A DNA stretch of 64,000 nucleotides from Carpediemonas membranifera BICM (GCA_019828565.1 JAHDYR010000038.1:140735-204734); one strand, 5' to 3'. Counted from the stretch's first letter, positions 24,028 through 35,784 are shown. Translations and numbers: made by a program. Notes: a model not told the origin generated them from the sequence alone.

Positions 24028-24532
24028 ATGTGGTCTGCGGGGTATCTAAAAGCAGTGCGAATGGTATTGGTTGTCACAGGGTCTACAATCCCTTGTGACA
24101 TCACTGCTGTATTCTGTACAGTGCTCGTCAAGGGAAGTCAGTGAACTCTGGGTCTAGTGAGGCGATGTAGAGCGGTAGGGGTGCGCAAGGGGACGCTGGG
24201 TTTGGATGTCGAGGTGGGTTTGAGACATGCGATTGGACTGCTGGCGCTGTAGTGGGTGCCGCGAGGCTATCGGGCTGTAAAGAGGCGGCGAGACATACGA
24301 AGCACAGGTCACGAAACCGCCCATGGTGAGGAGTTTCGTCCACTCATTGATTCCGAGAACGCAGCTTTGTCCAGCTGTGCAACGGCTGCTCAATCCGAAA
24401 CAACAGGCTTCAGAAAGTGATTTCCTCACATCGTGTGACCCTCTATACGCACGATTCGGCACTGAAGTAACGTATGTAAATCAGACGTCCTTCACATAAT
24501 TCGCTGGACGCCGGATAGAATGAGAGAATTGA

Positions 24533-27105
24533 ATGAGCTCTATAACCGATAAGCTGCAGGAGATCGATCAAATAACCTCCAACAGCGATGCAGAATACCC
24601 AGCTATGCTCGTTGAAGAGAGTATTCACATTCTGCCCTCCGTGAACCTCCAAACGTTCCCTTCTTCCCAGCGGAAGCGCCTCGCGTACCGAATTTGGAAT
24701 AATTCCGTTATACGAGGCCAGAATGGCAAAGATGCATCATCCGAGCTTGATCGTATGTCCTACACTCCCTTTCTCACCCAGTCCGTATCCTTTCCGCCCG
24801 GCTGCTCCATTCGGCCCTCCAGCCCTCTGACCCGGCCGAAGAATGGCTCAACCTGACCAAGTTCTACGGTAAGATCGGCCACTTCGTCGCTCAGAGTGGA
24901 AACCACGACGCCGCTCTCCAACATCTGAGCGTAGCCCTCGAGACCTTCGAAACTGCCGCCCAGCATGGCGCCCCAGAGCGTGCAGCGACCAACGCCCTCT
25001 TCTCAACGCTCTGCTGGCGGGCCGAGTCCCTCTGGCGCCTTGACCGCATGTCGGAGGTCAAGCCCGTTGTCGCCCGACTCCGCGAACTTCTCCCCATCAT
25101 CCCCCAAGAGACCGCATTCCTCGGCGGACTGTGCTACAACCTCGCCGTCTTCCTCCACAACAAGACAGACTTCGGTCAGGCGTCGTTCTGGTTCAACGAG
25201 TCTCTGTCCATTTACCGCTTGGACCAACAGGCTCACTCGGCCCATATAGCGCGGACTCTGCGATTCCTGGCAGCGTCACTTGTAGCCCACGGAGCTGCAG
25301 ACAAGGCGGTGGAGGCTGCGCGCCAGTCACTAGCGGTGGAGGACGCCCCCTCGACCAGGTTCGTCCTCCTCAAGGCCCTGGTGGCTGCAGGAGATGTGGA
25401 AAGCGCGAAGACAGTGATGGACCAGCTCATTGCCCCCGGTGCGGCCACGAACGTCGCCATGGCCGCTCTTCAGGTGGTCGCGGACGCAGGCCTCTCCGAC
25501 GTTTCCCAGCACGGCCTCGCCAGGGCCACCGAACTCTTCCCCGGCGATCCCCTCGTCATCGCTGCCCAGATCCGTCAGCTCGAGCTCCTCCTATCTTCAG
25601 AGGCGGACCCCCCGCCCGCCGCCACGACCCTGGCCTCGACCCTCGTCGCCATGCACGACAAGACCCGCCTCTCCCTCACCATCCGGCCCCATGTACACGC
25701 CATACTTTGGAATACAGCGCTCGCTGCCCGGGGGCGTGGGTCGACCTCCGTCGCCAGGACTTGGGCGGAGTGGGCTGAGAGGTTCGCTGCTACAGACGCC
25801 GCGTCGAGGGCTAGGGCTCTGCTGCTCGTGGCCGACTGCATGGCGGAGGATAGGGCGCTTGATGCGGCCCTCACCAAGGCACAGGAGGCGGCTAAAGTGC
25901 ACTTTTCCATCCATGCGGCATACACTGTCTTCCGGATCCTGCTGGCAATGGAGCGGCCTAGTGCTGCCACTGCTGCCCTATCTGAGCTCCAGCAGTCCGA
26001 GGGCTTCGAGCCAGGGTTCCTCGCCGTCTGCGCACAAGATGCTTATGAGAAAGGCCTCGCAGCCACGGCCACCGCCGCCCTCGAGGCCTTGGCCAAGCTC
26101 GACCCTGCCGCCGGCGCCCACGTCCTTCCCAACCTCGTCAAGCTCGCTGCCCTTGCGGAGCCCCCCGACCTCGACCTGCTCGCCAAGTACCTAGCGATGG
26201 CTGTCAGTCAAGTGAGGAGCGGCGCCATCGGGGCAGAGGACGGTGAGTTCTTCCGAAGAGTCGCGTGGAATAACGCGCTTGAGGCTGCTAAGGCTGGAAA
26301 GCGGGCGGCAGCGGCCACCCTGCTCGTGGCCTCAGCGGAGCTCGCGGCGCTGGACCCGGACGGCGACACTGGCGACGTTCTCGCGTCGAGAGTCAGGGCG
26401 CTGCTCATGGCAGCAGGCGCAGCTTACGGTGAGGGTGGACCTGCTCTCGAGGGAGAGGCCGCCGCTAAGACCATGGAGCTCCTTACCGCTGCGTACAGCA
26501 GAGCGGTTGAAGTCATGCCGCTCCGACTTTCGCTTTCCATGGTGAGCACCTACCACGTCAGCTGCTTCCAGCATGCCATGGCGACGGACCGGGAGAGAGT
26601 GGAGGCCGTCATCGCCCAGGCTGCCGCACAGGTGCCAGACGTTGCCCCGTGCCCCTCAGAGGTGCTGGCGTTGATCGCGAACGACTGCTTCACTGCCGGG
26701 CTATTTGGCCAGTGCGTCGTCGCATGCAAGGCACTCATCGCCCGACCGCCCGCGGAGACGCGATTCTTGCTGCCTCGCGCCGTTCGCATGGCCATAGAAG
26801 CGATGGAAGCGATGCATGTCTCCCGCCGCGAGCTGCTGCCTTTGTACACCGAGGCTGCATCGCTCATTCAGTCAGCCGGCACGCACTACATCCCGATAGA
26901 GCGCTACTGGGTGCTCGTGTCGTGTTGGAATAACGCCGTGGATGCTCACAGGATGAGTGAGATTGAGCTGGCAGAGAAGCTCATGGCGGCGGCGGTGGGG
27001 TTGCTCGACACGGTCGACAATGAAATGTGCCCGGAACAGCGGCGGCGAGAGCTCAAGGCGGCGTACGATAACGTGTTGCAGGCCGTCAGCGACATCGCCA
27101 TGTAA
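24533..27105 (+). CDS. ZIP4/SPO22/TEX11-like meiotic TPR protein; intron at 24753-24781
   Basis: A 29-nt GTATGT...CTCACCCAG intron joins ORF 24533 in frame to ORF 25048. TPR-like helices with repeated W-N motifs (RIWNNS, ILWNTA, VAWNNAL, YWVLVSCWNNAV...AEKLMAAAVGLL) typical of TEX11/ZIP4. Confidence 0.7.
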
Positions 27106-27231
27106 TTCGGGAGAGAGCGTCAGATAAATGCGTGTTTTATAATGAACGTCGTAACAAGGAGCCGACACTTCAATCAGTACAATCACCAAATAAAAATAAC
27201 CATTTCATCTTTAATTTACAGCCGGCCTCCC

Positions 27232-28674
27232 TTATTGCCTCAGTCGGGGCGTGTCCCAGGTCACCTCGACATTCCAGTCAACCTTGTGGTCACACTCAAT
27301 CTTACCCGTATCTAAGTCAATCTTCACCGGCACGTCACGAGGGAACTCCCAGATCGAGGGCCGGAACCCTCTCTCAAGTAGGATATCCATGATGAGCTCA
27401 GCCTTCTCAGCGCTGACGTCCTCGCCTTGCAACACCATGCGGAGATGACCGGTCGGCGCATGCTGCAATATCATCGGCACAATTTGAGATTCGATGATCT
27501 CAACCGCTGCTCTGAGTGTGGAGGCAGAGTGAAGCATGGCGTCGTCGAGACGGCCGGTGAGCTTCTGCCTGACGTGGTTGGTGAGGGAGACCGCCTTGGG
27601 AATGTGTCTAATGGCGTTGTGAGTCTCAGGTTCGAGCTCCAGGCTCGACTGGTACTTCATCTCCTCCTCAATCCTGTTTTGTACGCATGCAATACTTTCA
27701 CCGGCGTCCACAAAGTGATAATGGAAGCTATTCTTGAGACTCTCGAGGGCGGCAAGAGTTTCTTGCTCGTAGACGCGATATCTTTTCCGGCAAGATTCAT
27801 CGTCTAGATCGGTCGGCCGGACCTCTCTTAGCGGTCCTGATAACTGCCCCAGGCGAATCTTGGCGTTTTCCTCGATAGCCTTCTCCCCACGTGACATTTG
27901 ACGGAAAACTGAGACATGCTCGTTCACTGCGAGGCAAACGATGCGGAACGTGGGCTTGCGACTGTGTTCGTTCTTGCTCCGCTTGAAATGCTGGTCAAGG
28001 ATGAAGTCGTAGAGGAGACGGACGACCTCGGCCTGGGCAGGTGTTCTGGGGAAGCCATCGACAACACATCCCTCGTGGTATTCGGCCTTGAGCAGCTCTT
28101 CGAAGAGAAGCTTGACTGCTGCTCTGTCATCGATCAAATAACCCTTGTTGATTAAAGCACGCATCTCGGGTGTCTTGAACAGATCCGACATAATGATGGG
28201 CGGCGCGGTGATGCCACGGAGCTTGCATATGAAGGGCGTGTTGGTGCCCTTACCCGCTCCAGGGGCGCCGCCGAGCCACATGATCTCGCGGGGAAATCTA
28301 AGATCGGATACAGCCCGCTCGGCAATAATCTCGTCGAGGATCTCCTATAGTAAGCTGGTACGGTGCAGTGGCGTGGTACGAACGTGGAACATGATGATGG
28401 TGGTGTCGCTACAGTGGGCCCCGGCGGGACTCGTTCCAAAAGTGGGGATGTGGCTGCGATAGTCCTTGTGGAGCTGCTCAGCAACCTCCTTGCGATCCTT
28501 GTCGATTATATCGGAAAGACAACGGCTGAAGGCTGGAACGCTGGAGGAAAGCGAGTTCTGGAGGCATGCAGAAATGCTGCTGGAAGGAAGAATGTTTCGG
28601 ACGCCGGAAAGAGCATGCATGGAGTTAAATCCACCTACAGGGAATAGGCTGGTTTTAAGGAGGGCAGAGAGCAT
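27232..28674 (-). CDS. Adenylate kinase-family protein with long N-terminal extension; intron at 28345-28383
   Basis: LRFPREIMWLGGAPGAGKGT P-loop and CVVDGFPRTPAQA. A 39-nt in-frame intron GTTCGT...TTACTATAG supplies the interrupting stop. First ATG at 28674 (MLSALLKTSLF...). Confidence 0.85.
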
Positions 28675-29088
28675 TTCAAGAGTTGCCGACAGCACAACAC
28701 TGTTGTGTTGATCAAATCAGAATTTGAGTGATCTGGACGAGATCGGGCCACATCCACGGTCGGACCCCCAAAGTGGCATACATGCCGCCCTCAGACCGAA
28801 TCTTGTTTTGTATCAATCCATATCAAATCGTTTCGTCGCCAGATTGCAGACAGCATCAGATATACTCGGGACGCGAGCCCCAAGTTGGTGCATCTGGCAT
28901 ACTATATCAGCCTCTGAGTGTGCTCAGCCGCATCTGGAGATGGACTTCTCGCATGGGCTTGGTCTAGCATATCCAAAAATCAACCTTGGGATCTTGTTGG
29001 CTCATAGACTTACCACATAACCTCGTGACCGCCAGTCAGTTAGCCCTGGACGTTTACATAGGCTCGCGCAAACATAATTTGCTGGTGC

Positions 29089-29807
29089 TTACTGGTACTT
29101 GGCGAACTCCGCGCTGACGAAGTTCCAGTTGGCGAGGTGGTGGCAGAACGTCTTGATCCAGCCAGGGCGGTCGGACGTCCAGTGGAGCTATGTAAATTAT
29201 GTAAATGGGGGGTACACACGTAGTAGGCGTGCTCCCACACATCGATGGTGAGGAGAGGCTTGAACTTGCCCTCGTTGATGGGGGTCGCCTGGTTGAGCGT
29301 CTTCATGATCGACAGCTTCTTGGTGGCGGGGTCGACAACGAGCCAGGCCCAGCCGGAGCCGAACTGCGTGGCAGCGGCGTTGGAGAACTCCTCGATGAAC
29401 TTCTCGAACGAACCGAAATCACGGTCGATCGCGGCCTTGAGGGGGGCGCTCATCTCGCCGCGCTGGCTCTCAGGCTGTGTTAGTATTGTGTGTTGAAATC
29501 GCCGCTGCCTCTACTCTGGGGCCAGAAAGGGGCTCGGCGGGGAACGAACGGCCATGCACTTCCAGAAGAAGGTGTGGTTCCAGGCGCCGCCACCGTTGTT
29601 GGCAACAAACTGGCGCTTGGCTTCGGGAACCTCGTCGAGGTGGCCGAGGACGTACTCGAGGTCCTTGTCGATGCCAACTTCCTTGAAAGCGGCGTTCACC
29701 TTCGTGCAGTAAGCGGTGTGGTGCTTGTTGTAGTGAACATCGAGAGTTCTATCGTCGTAGTGGGGCTCGAGGGACTTGTAGGGAAGAGGGGCTTGTTCGT
29801 AGACCAT
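29089..29807 (-). CDS. sod: Fe/Mn superoxide dismutase; introns at 29475-29549 and 29188-29219
   Basis: [39 protein letters not shown] and DVWEHAYY. Removing a 75-nt intron (GTTCGT...ACTAACACAG) and a 32-nt intron (GTGTGT...TTACATAG) gives a complete ORF ending ...FAKYQ*. Confidence 0.93.
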
Positions 29808-30092
29808 GTTTTGTCGGTTGATTCGTGATGACACGACTCCATGACTTCAGCCAGAGGTTCGGTCAGGGGACGGGTCCATGAGATGTTGTTCAAAATAGTG
29901 CCGCTACATCGTGGGGAGAGATGAACTATTGGGGCTGCCCGGGTACTTCGCAAACGAACCCAGAAAGTCTTATGAATTATCGAGAGCGTGGCCTGGGTTC
30001 GGTAGGGGGCAGGTGCATTGGGCTCGCTTCTAGTGATCCGCAGTCGACGCTCGGGTCAACATGGTGAGTAACTTTGAGCAACGACGACAAGA

Positions 30093-31166
30093 ATGCTGAA
30101 CTCGAAATTCACCGGTCTTTTGGATGAAACCAAGAATGTTATGAAGGTGTTCTCCGCTGTTTACGCGGAGTACGTCACTAGAGGCGACAACCCCGCCAAT
30201 GTTCTCAAGATCAAGGAGGACACGCTTGATCTCGGCTCCATGCCGGGCAATTCGATCCTTGTGGGCATGCTTGCTGCCCCAATCAACCCTTCAGACGTCA
30301 ATCAGATCGAGGGCACGTATGGGCTCCAGCCCCCGCTCCCGGCTGTCGCTGGCAACGAGTGCCTTGGCCTGGTGCTCCGTACTGGCGCCAACTGCACCAC
30401 GCACAAGCAGAACTCGCTCGTAGTACCCCGCAAGCATGGTCTTGGGACCTGGAGATCCGCTGTTATTTGCCCAGAGGACGACTTCTACCCTCTGGCAAGC
30501 GTCAAGCCCAGTGAGGTCGATGTCGGGCAGATGAGCACACTTCTTGTCAACCCGTGCACCGCCTACCTCATGCTGAAGGAGCTAACACCGCTCAAGGAGG
30601 GCGACGTCGTTTCATTCAACGCGGCTTCTTCCCAAGTCTGCCTCCACCTCACACAGCTCTGCAAGCACTTCGGGTTCAAGTCTCTGGCAGTGCTTAGAGA
30701 CGGCAAGGACTTCGAGTATCACAGGGAAAAGCTCGAGAAGTCGGGGGCTACATGGGTCGTGAAGGAGGGCTACACGTCAGCTGACATCAAGGCCCTGGGC
30801 GTACCGCCCGTCGCACTCGCCCTCAACTCGGTCGGCGGCAAGTCTTCTGAGGGCCTGGCTAAGCTTCTCAGGCCTGAGGGCGTCATGGCTACGTATGGCG
30901 GGCTTGGGAAAGAGGCTGTGATCGTGCCCACTCCCAAGCTTCTATTCCATGACATCGTCTCCCGGGGCTTCTGGCTGACAAAGTGGTTCAAGACCCACCC
31001 TGATCGCGTCAGTGAAATTTATGACACTGTGTCGGATCTAATCGTATCTGGCGTGATTAAGGCGGATCTGAAATTGATGGATTGGAACAACGGTGAAGGG
31101 ATGGAAACGGCAGTGACTGAAGCTTACAAGCCTACTAAGCCGGGCAAGACTGTCATGATTATGTGA
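30093..31166 (+). CDS. MECR: Trans-2-enoyl-CoA/ACP reductase (MECR/Etr1 family, MDR superfamily)
   Basis: LAAPINPSDVNQIEGTY, AVAGNE, GLGTWRS, VNPCTAYLML, LALNSVGGKS, TYGG and RGFWL are MECR-diagnostic motifs. Confidence 0.88.
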   Translation: MLNSKFTGLLDETKNVMKVFSAVYAEYVTRGDNPANVLKIKEDTLDLGSMPGNSILVGMLAAPINPSDVNQIEGTYGLQPPLPAVAGNECLGLVLRTGANCTTHKQNSLVVPRKHGLGTWRSAVICPEDDFYPLASVKPSEVDVGQMSTLLVNPCTAYLMLKELTPLKEGDVVSFNAASSQVCLHLTQLCKHFGFKSLAVLRDGKDFEYHREKLEKSGATWVVKEGYTSADIKALGVPPVALALNSVGGKSSEGLAKLLRPEGVMATYGGLGKEAVIVPTPKLLFHDIVSRGFWLTKWFKTHPDRVSEIYDTVSDLIVSGVIKADLKLMDWNNGEGMETAVTEAYKPTKPGKTVMIM

Positions 31167-31215
31167 TTCAATGCGTTAAATTTGTGACTTTTGATCAGTT
31201 TCGTGATCCGTCAAG

Positions 31216-32361
31216 ATGGGAAATCCGAAAGAAATCGGCAATCAAAAAAATAAACACGGGTGGGGTTTAATGTGGAGCAGAGTGGGGCTCCCCTTGGCTC
31301 GCCCCTCGCCTTCAGAGTGGAAGCTTCTTGACTCCGCACCTTATGCCATCAACCTCATCATGGGCTTCACCTTCCTACCTAGCACTCACTGCCACCACAA
31401 CGGTGGTGTGTTGGGAGACATAGAGACTATTAGCAGCTTTGTGGATCTCGGGGCCTGTCTCGCTTCACTGGCGGCGCTAGTTCCCTACGTTGTGCTCTTT
31501 CTCCTCCTTGCGGACAAGAAAACGCGCAAACGCCCCTATTTCATCCGTATATACATTCTATCCATCGTTTGGTCGATCTACGACGTTGCTGACCTTATGC
31601 GACATGTCGCACTGATCCTCGTTGAGCACGCCTTTTGCTCCACGTTCAATGACACCATCCCAATGGGCATCAGCCAGCTTCCCAACATCATAGACTATAT
31701 TCGAGGCATAGCGTTCTATTTCTGCATCGCCTTCATCGCGACTTCTGCGGGAGTTATGCTCAGGCTCATCCAGTCCTCTGTCGGCAAGGGTACTGCCCCA
31801 AAGGACCCCCGCTACTTCCTCTACATGTGGGAGTGGGTCCTGTGCTCCTGCCTCTGCTTCATTCTCTTCCTCCTCCACCTCGCCTGTGACACTGGCAGCG
31901 GCATTTCCCATTCGCTTGACGCTCCAAACTTCGCCCACGTCATTGACATCCTCGGCCATTCTGTCAGAATTGCAGTGATGGTGCTCATCGTTATATTCAC
32001 CGCCAGCTGCTTCATCGCAATGCTCGTGTACTATTTTAGGTACCACCGCATTCTCAAGCCGGTGACGGCGGTCCTGCTGGCCATGTTCCTCCTCCCTCTC
32101 GCGGTCCAGGCGGTTGCTCTCCTGTTCGATGTGGGCGTGCTGCTGTGTTTCCTCGGAGTCTCGGCTGTCGAGCTCCTAACCCCAGGCGAGGGCACCACGT
32201 TCATCTGGACGTTCCATAGATACGCTAACATCTCGTTTAATCTGACTGATGCCATCACTCTTCTTCAATTTGCAGTCATTTGCTTCACTCACCTCGTGGC
32301 GGTGGGTTACATGCGATGGAAGGACCTGAAGACGGAGAAGGAGATGTATATCGAGCTGTAG
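31216..32361 (+). CDS. Multi-pass (about 7 TM) membrane protein, possibly GPCR-like
   Basis: 381-aa ORF with about seven hydrophobic segments and a Cys (FC) at the start of the third helix region; the true start may be a downstream ATG. Confidence 0.55.
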   Translation: MGNPKEIGNQKNKHGWGLMWSRVGLPLARPSPSEWKLLDSAPYAINLIMGFTFLPSTHCHHNGGVLGDIETISSFVDLGACLASLAALVPYVVLFLLLADKKTRKRPYFIRIYILSIVWSIYDVADLMRHVALILVEHAFCSTFNDTIPMGISQLPNIIDYIRGIAFYFCIAFIATSAGVMLRLIQSSVGKGTAPKDPRYFLYMWEWVLCSCLCFILFLLHLACDTGSGISHSLDAPNFAHVIDILGHSVRIAVMVLIVIFTASCFIAMLVYYFRYHRILKPVTAVLLAMFLLPLAVQAVALLFDVGVLLCFLGVSAVELLTPGEGTTFIWTFHRYANISFNLTDAITLLQFAVICFTHLVAVGYMRWKDLKTEKEMYIEL

Positions 32362-32467
32362 AGCGGTATGGTAGCTGACGTATAAAGTGCGTTGTATTGC
32401 TGGGGGATGTTGATTGTGGGATAAGATGGACCGTTTAAAGGAGACGCTAGAGAAAAATGGGGGCTAC

Positions 32468-32830
32468 TCAGAAGCAGCAGTCGCAGTCGAAGGGGCACAG
32501 GGGAGTGTCTCCGCCTCTTCCAAGCTTCAACTCGTCGAAGCTGTAGATTTTGTATCCTTCCTCGGTCTCGCGACGTTTCTTGTCCTCTGCAGTGACACCG
32601 GTGAGGATTTCAAGGGCTTCCTTCTTCTTTTCCTTGTCAATTATCTTCTTCTCCTCCTTCTTCTGCTTTTCTTCCCTGTCAATCTTCTTCTTTTCCTTCG
32701 CCTTCTGGAAAAGATCGTCTATGACATCGCTACGCGCTTTCTTTTTCTCAATCGGAGTCTTAGACGTCTTATTAATACTCTTTCCCCTCTGAATGGCGCT
32801 AGAACCGCCTTTTTTGCCCTTTTCTGCCAT
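32468..32830 (-). CDS. DUF1764 family small basic protein
   Basis: Lys-rich, IDDLF motif, and C-terminal RRETEEGYKIYSFDELKLGRGGDTPLCPFDCDCCF characteristic of DUF1764. Confidence 0.85.
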   Translation of the reverse strand: MAEKGKKGGSSAIQRGKSINKTSKTPIEKKKARSDVIDDLFQKAKEKKKIDREEKQKKEEKKIIDKEKKKEALEILTGVTAEDKKRRETEEGYKIYSFDELKLGRGGDTPLCPFDCDCCF

Positions 32831-33028
32831 GAACGAATCGGAATGTCCTTAAAGTGCACCACCACAGATCAGCGGCAAGATGGCGAGACATCACGAAAAG
32901 TCCGGAAGCTGATGTCTTGTGACCCGGCAGCACAACAACAGGTACTAGCACAACAGATATAGCTAACAGAGTCGGTTCTCCCGATGCATTGTCAGCATGT
33001 GCAAATCTGACAAAACAATCGCAGAGCC

Positions 33029-34671
33029 ATGTGGAGAGAATGGTCGCTTCTTCTCTCCTTTGTTATGGCTATATTCGTAGTAATATGGACGTTTGTGAAG
33101 CACTTTGACGTATGTCTCTCATCCTCCTTCTTCTGACACCGGCTGAGACCAAGGGTGTGTTTGGCGCCTGGCTTGATCGTCACGGCCTTTCTTTCCAGCC
33201 ATTGAAGATCAAATACACCCGCAAACTCCAGCAATCCGCCCCCGATGCCAAGCTTTCTCTCTTCCAGCGTGCCCTTGCCCTCCCTTTCGCCCTCCTCGGT
33301 CTGGTAGTCCACGCCCTCGTCATGGCCAGCCCTGTGCTCGTGTGGTGGTACATCATACTCTCGTTCAAAGACAGTGCGAGAGACCGGCCTCTTCTCTACA
33401 TTCCGAGCGGCGGTGATATAGGCCCAGGAACTCTCCTCGTCTTCTCCGTTGCAGCAGGTGTCATAGCCCTGATCCTCCACGAGCTGGGCCACTACCTGGC
33501 CCTACGGTCTACAGGTGCCCACGCCTCCTCCATCTCCTTGACACTCTGCCCCGCCGGCCCCGTGATGTCCGTGGGGGTGCCGCCGACCATCAACACCCGC
33601 CCCGTCGCCCAGCAGACACGGGTTATAGCGGCCGGGGTGGGTGTCAACCTTGTCCTTGCCCTGATGTGCTGGCACGTCCTCCGCTCGCCCACGGCCCTCC
33701 CAACACTGCTCTCGCCGCTGTTCACACTCAACGGTGGGGTTACGATCGTCTCAGCCCCAGTAGACATGCTCGAGCTTGGCGGGGCTGTCTCTTTCCTCCC
33801 TGGCCAAGTTATCACCAGCCTTGGAGCCATGCCGATCATGAGTACCGCGGACCTGCAGGACGCAGTGAACAAGGTCGCCGACGAAATGGCCGCCCGGGGT
33901 GACGTCAGCAGTAGGGCGTTTAGACCAGTGGTGTCTGGTGGTATCTGTGTCCAAGATAAGGAAATCGTCGCAAAAATTCCGGACGGGTCCCTCATCCCGC
34001 TCGATTTACGTGAATACATGCATTTATGGACTAATGACACTGCTGCAGGGGAGTATGAGCATGTTTTCCTGAGTCCCGGCACAGCGTCGTACACTGAGCT
34101 CTGTAACTACAACACAACTTGCATTCGAGTCGCGGGCAGTTTTAATGAGATTTACCGCTGTGTCTACCCGCCGCATGTGAACGGTGTATTTATCCCAGTG
34201 CACGCGTATACATTAGACTCACGTAACACGAAGGTCCACCACAAGTTTTTTGCCGCCGCAAAGCTGGACTGTCTTGTTGAAGAGCTTCAAGTTTCTCCCT
34301 TCGTATCCAAGTACCATTGGGCGTCTCCCTCAATTGCCCACATTGCTCAGTCAGCCATTGAGCTCTTTTACATTGCCAACCAGGGCATTACAGTTCTCAA
34401 CACCCTCCCCCTCTTCCGTGGGACGGACGGCTGGCGTCTTCTCCGTCTCTTGGGAAAGAAATGCAGGAGCAAGAGTCGTCCATCGACCCAACCCACTGAG
34501 AGCAGAGAGGTTGCCCAGGAAATGACGCTCACCGCTGCCCCCCAGCACACTGTAGTCGAGTACGCCGTCATGTTCCTCCAGCACTTCATCCAGACCGCGG
34601 ACAGGGTGGGGGCTGCGGTGGTCCTTGTGGCGTCTGCGAGGAGGGGGGCGTGTGAAGCTGGGCTTGGATGA
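33029..34671 (+). CDS. MBTPS2: Site-2 protease (MBTPS2, peptidase M50); probable intron at 33110-33147
   Basis: LILHELGH zinc motif, VIAAGVGVNLVLA, PDZ-like insert, Cys-rich region and LNTLPLFRGTDG. An upstream hydrophobic exon (MWREWSLL...KHFD) joins in frame via GTATGT...GCTGAG. Confidence 0.8.
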
Positions 34672-34826
34672 ATGAATGGTGATGGCTGTAAAGCAGCTGG
34701 TCTCGTTGTGCTGATGTGTTAGTATAGTAGTACGTTGCTAACCATGTCGACGAGTCTTGTCAGCTCAAGCTCCTTCGTCAACCCAACCTCATCTCAAAAC
34801 GGAAATTTAAAAAGTCAAAACTCAGC

Positions 34827-35784
34827 TTAATTCACCTCCTCGGCTTCCGAGGAGGCCCAGTCCGTGCTGTCCGAAGCCTCCTTGTACAGCATATCCGCAG
34901 GATAAAGCCGCTCCATGTCCTTGGTTATACGGTAGGCAAGCTCGGTCTTTTCGAGCTTTCCCTTGTGGAAGCGCCGTGCTTGCTTACGGAACCCCTTGCA
35001 TCCGAGAGGAACTGTGTGAGAATCTTTTGAATGAAAGAAAAACAAACCCGTCATCTTAAAAAGCCACTTGAGGAAGATCGAAGGGACGTCCATTGGGAGC
35101 TTGGGGCTGATATCGCAGTAAAGCGTGATCCTGGTCTGCGGGCCGTGCGGACCGAGCATGGGCGTGATACGGGAAATGCCTTGGTGCATCTTCATTCGCT
35201 CGTGGAGGTCGAGGCCCTTGGGAATGGGTATGAGCTCGTCCTCGCCCTTGAGTGAGGCGAAAGTCATCATTAGAGACTCGCCGTTCGAGTCGGCCTCCTG
35301 GTTGGCCGAGCCGATGCCGTCAGAGGGGTCTTGTTCGGTGGCAGTGAAATACTCGCCGTTGAGGATGACCTCGCGGGTCCTGTAGCGCTTAGGGATGAAT
35401 ACAATGGGTAGCTCGAACACTAGCTGGGCCACCTGGTGCCGGACATTGCCGTTGTTGTGCTTAGCACTGTAGTCGGTGACTTTCGGGTTGCAGGGTATCC
35501 AATCGTGCCACGTATCAACGCCTGTGGAGACAGAAAGGCACTCTACAAGCGGGCTTCTGTGTTATATGGATGCTGGTAATGACTTACTCGATGATATAAT
35601 CAAGCCAGACGGAATAAACGCCGTCGTGGATCTTGAAGGCGATAACGAAGTCGCTTTTGTCCACAGGAAAAGTGTAATCCTTGCCTGGACGATCCAGCCG
35701 GCCACGGTGGATATCTAGGTTCTTTAGCTCTTCGGAACTCAGCATTGGAAATTGATGTGATGGTTCGTGACTCCGCAAAGTCAT
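34827..35784 (-). CDS. START/Bet v1-like domain protein (tentative); introns at 35557-35587 and probably about 35012-35047; 5' end uncertain
   Basis: A 31-nt GTAAGT...ATAACACAG intron gives ...DYIIESPLVECLSVSTGVDTWHDWIPC...; TRITLYCDISPKLPMDVPSIFLKWLFK resembles the START C-terminal strand-helix. Confidence 0.45.

Noticed and set aside
24072-24100. Inverted repeat TGTCACAGGG...CCCTTGTGACA upstream of GFAT as a glmS-ribozyme analogue
   Set aside because: A single short hairpin with no glmS ribozyme consensus, in a eukaryotic context.
28345-28347. Stop-codon readthrough or alternative genetic code in adenylate kinase
   Set aside because: The TAG is the acceptor end of a 39-nt intron; other genes use standard stops, and the tRNA anticodon is CTG, not a suppressor.
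29475-29549. snoRNA hosted in the unusually long SOD intron
   Set aside because: No convincing C/D or H/ACA boxes.
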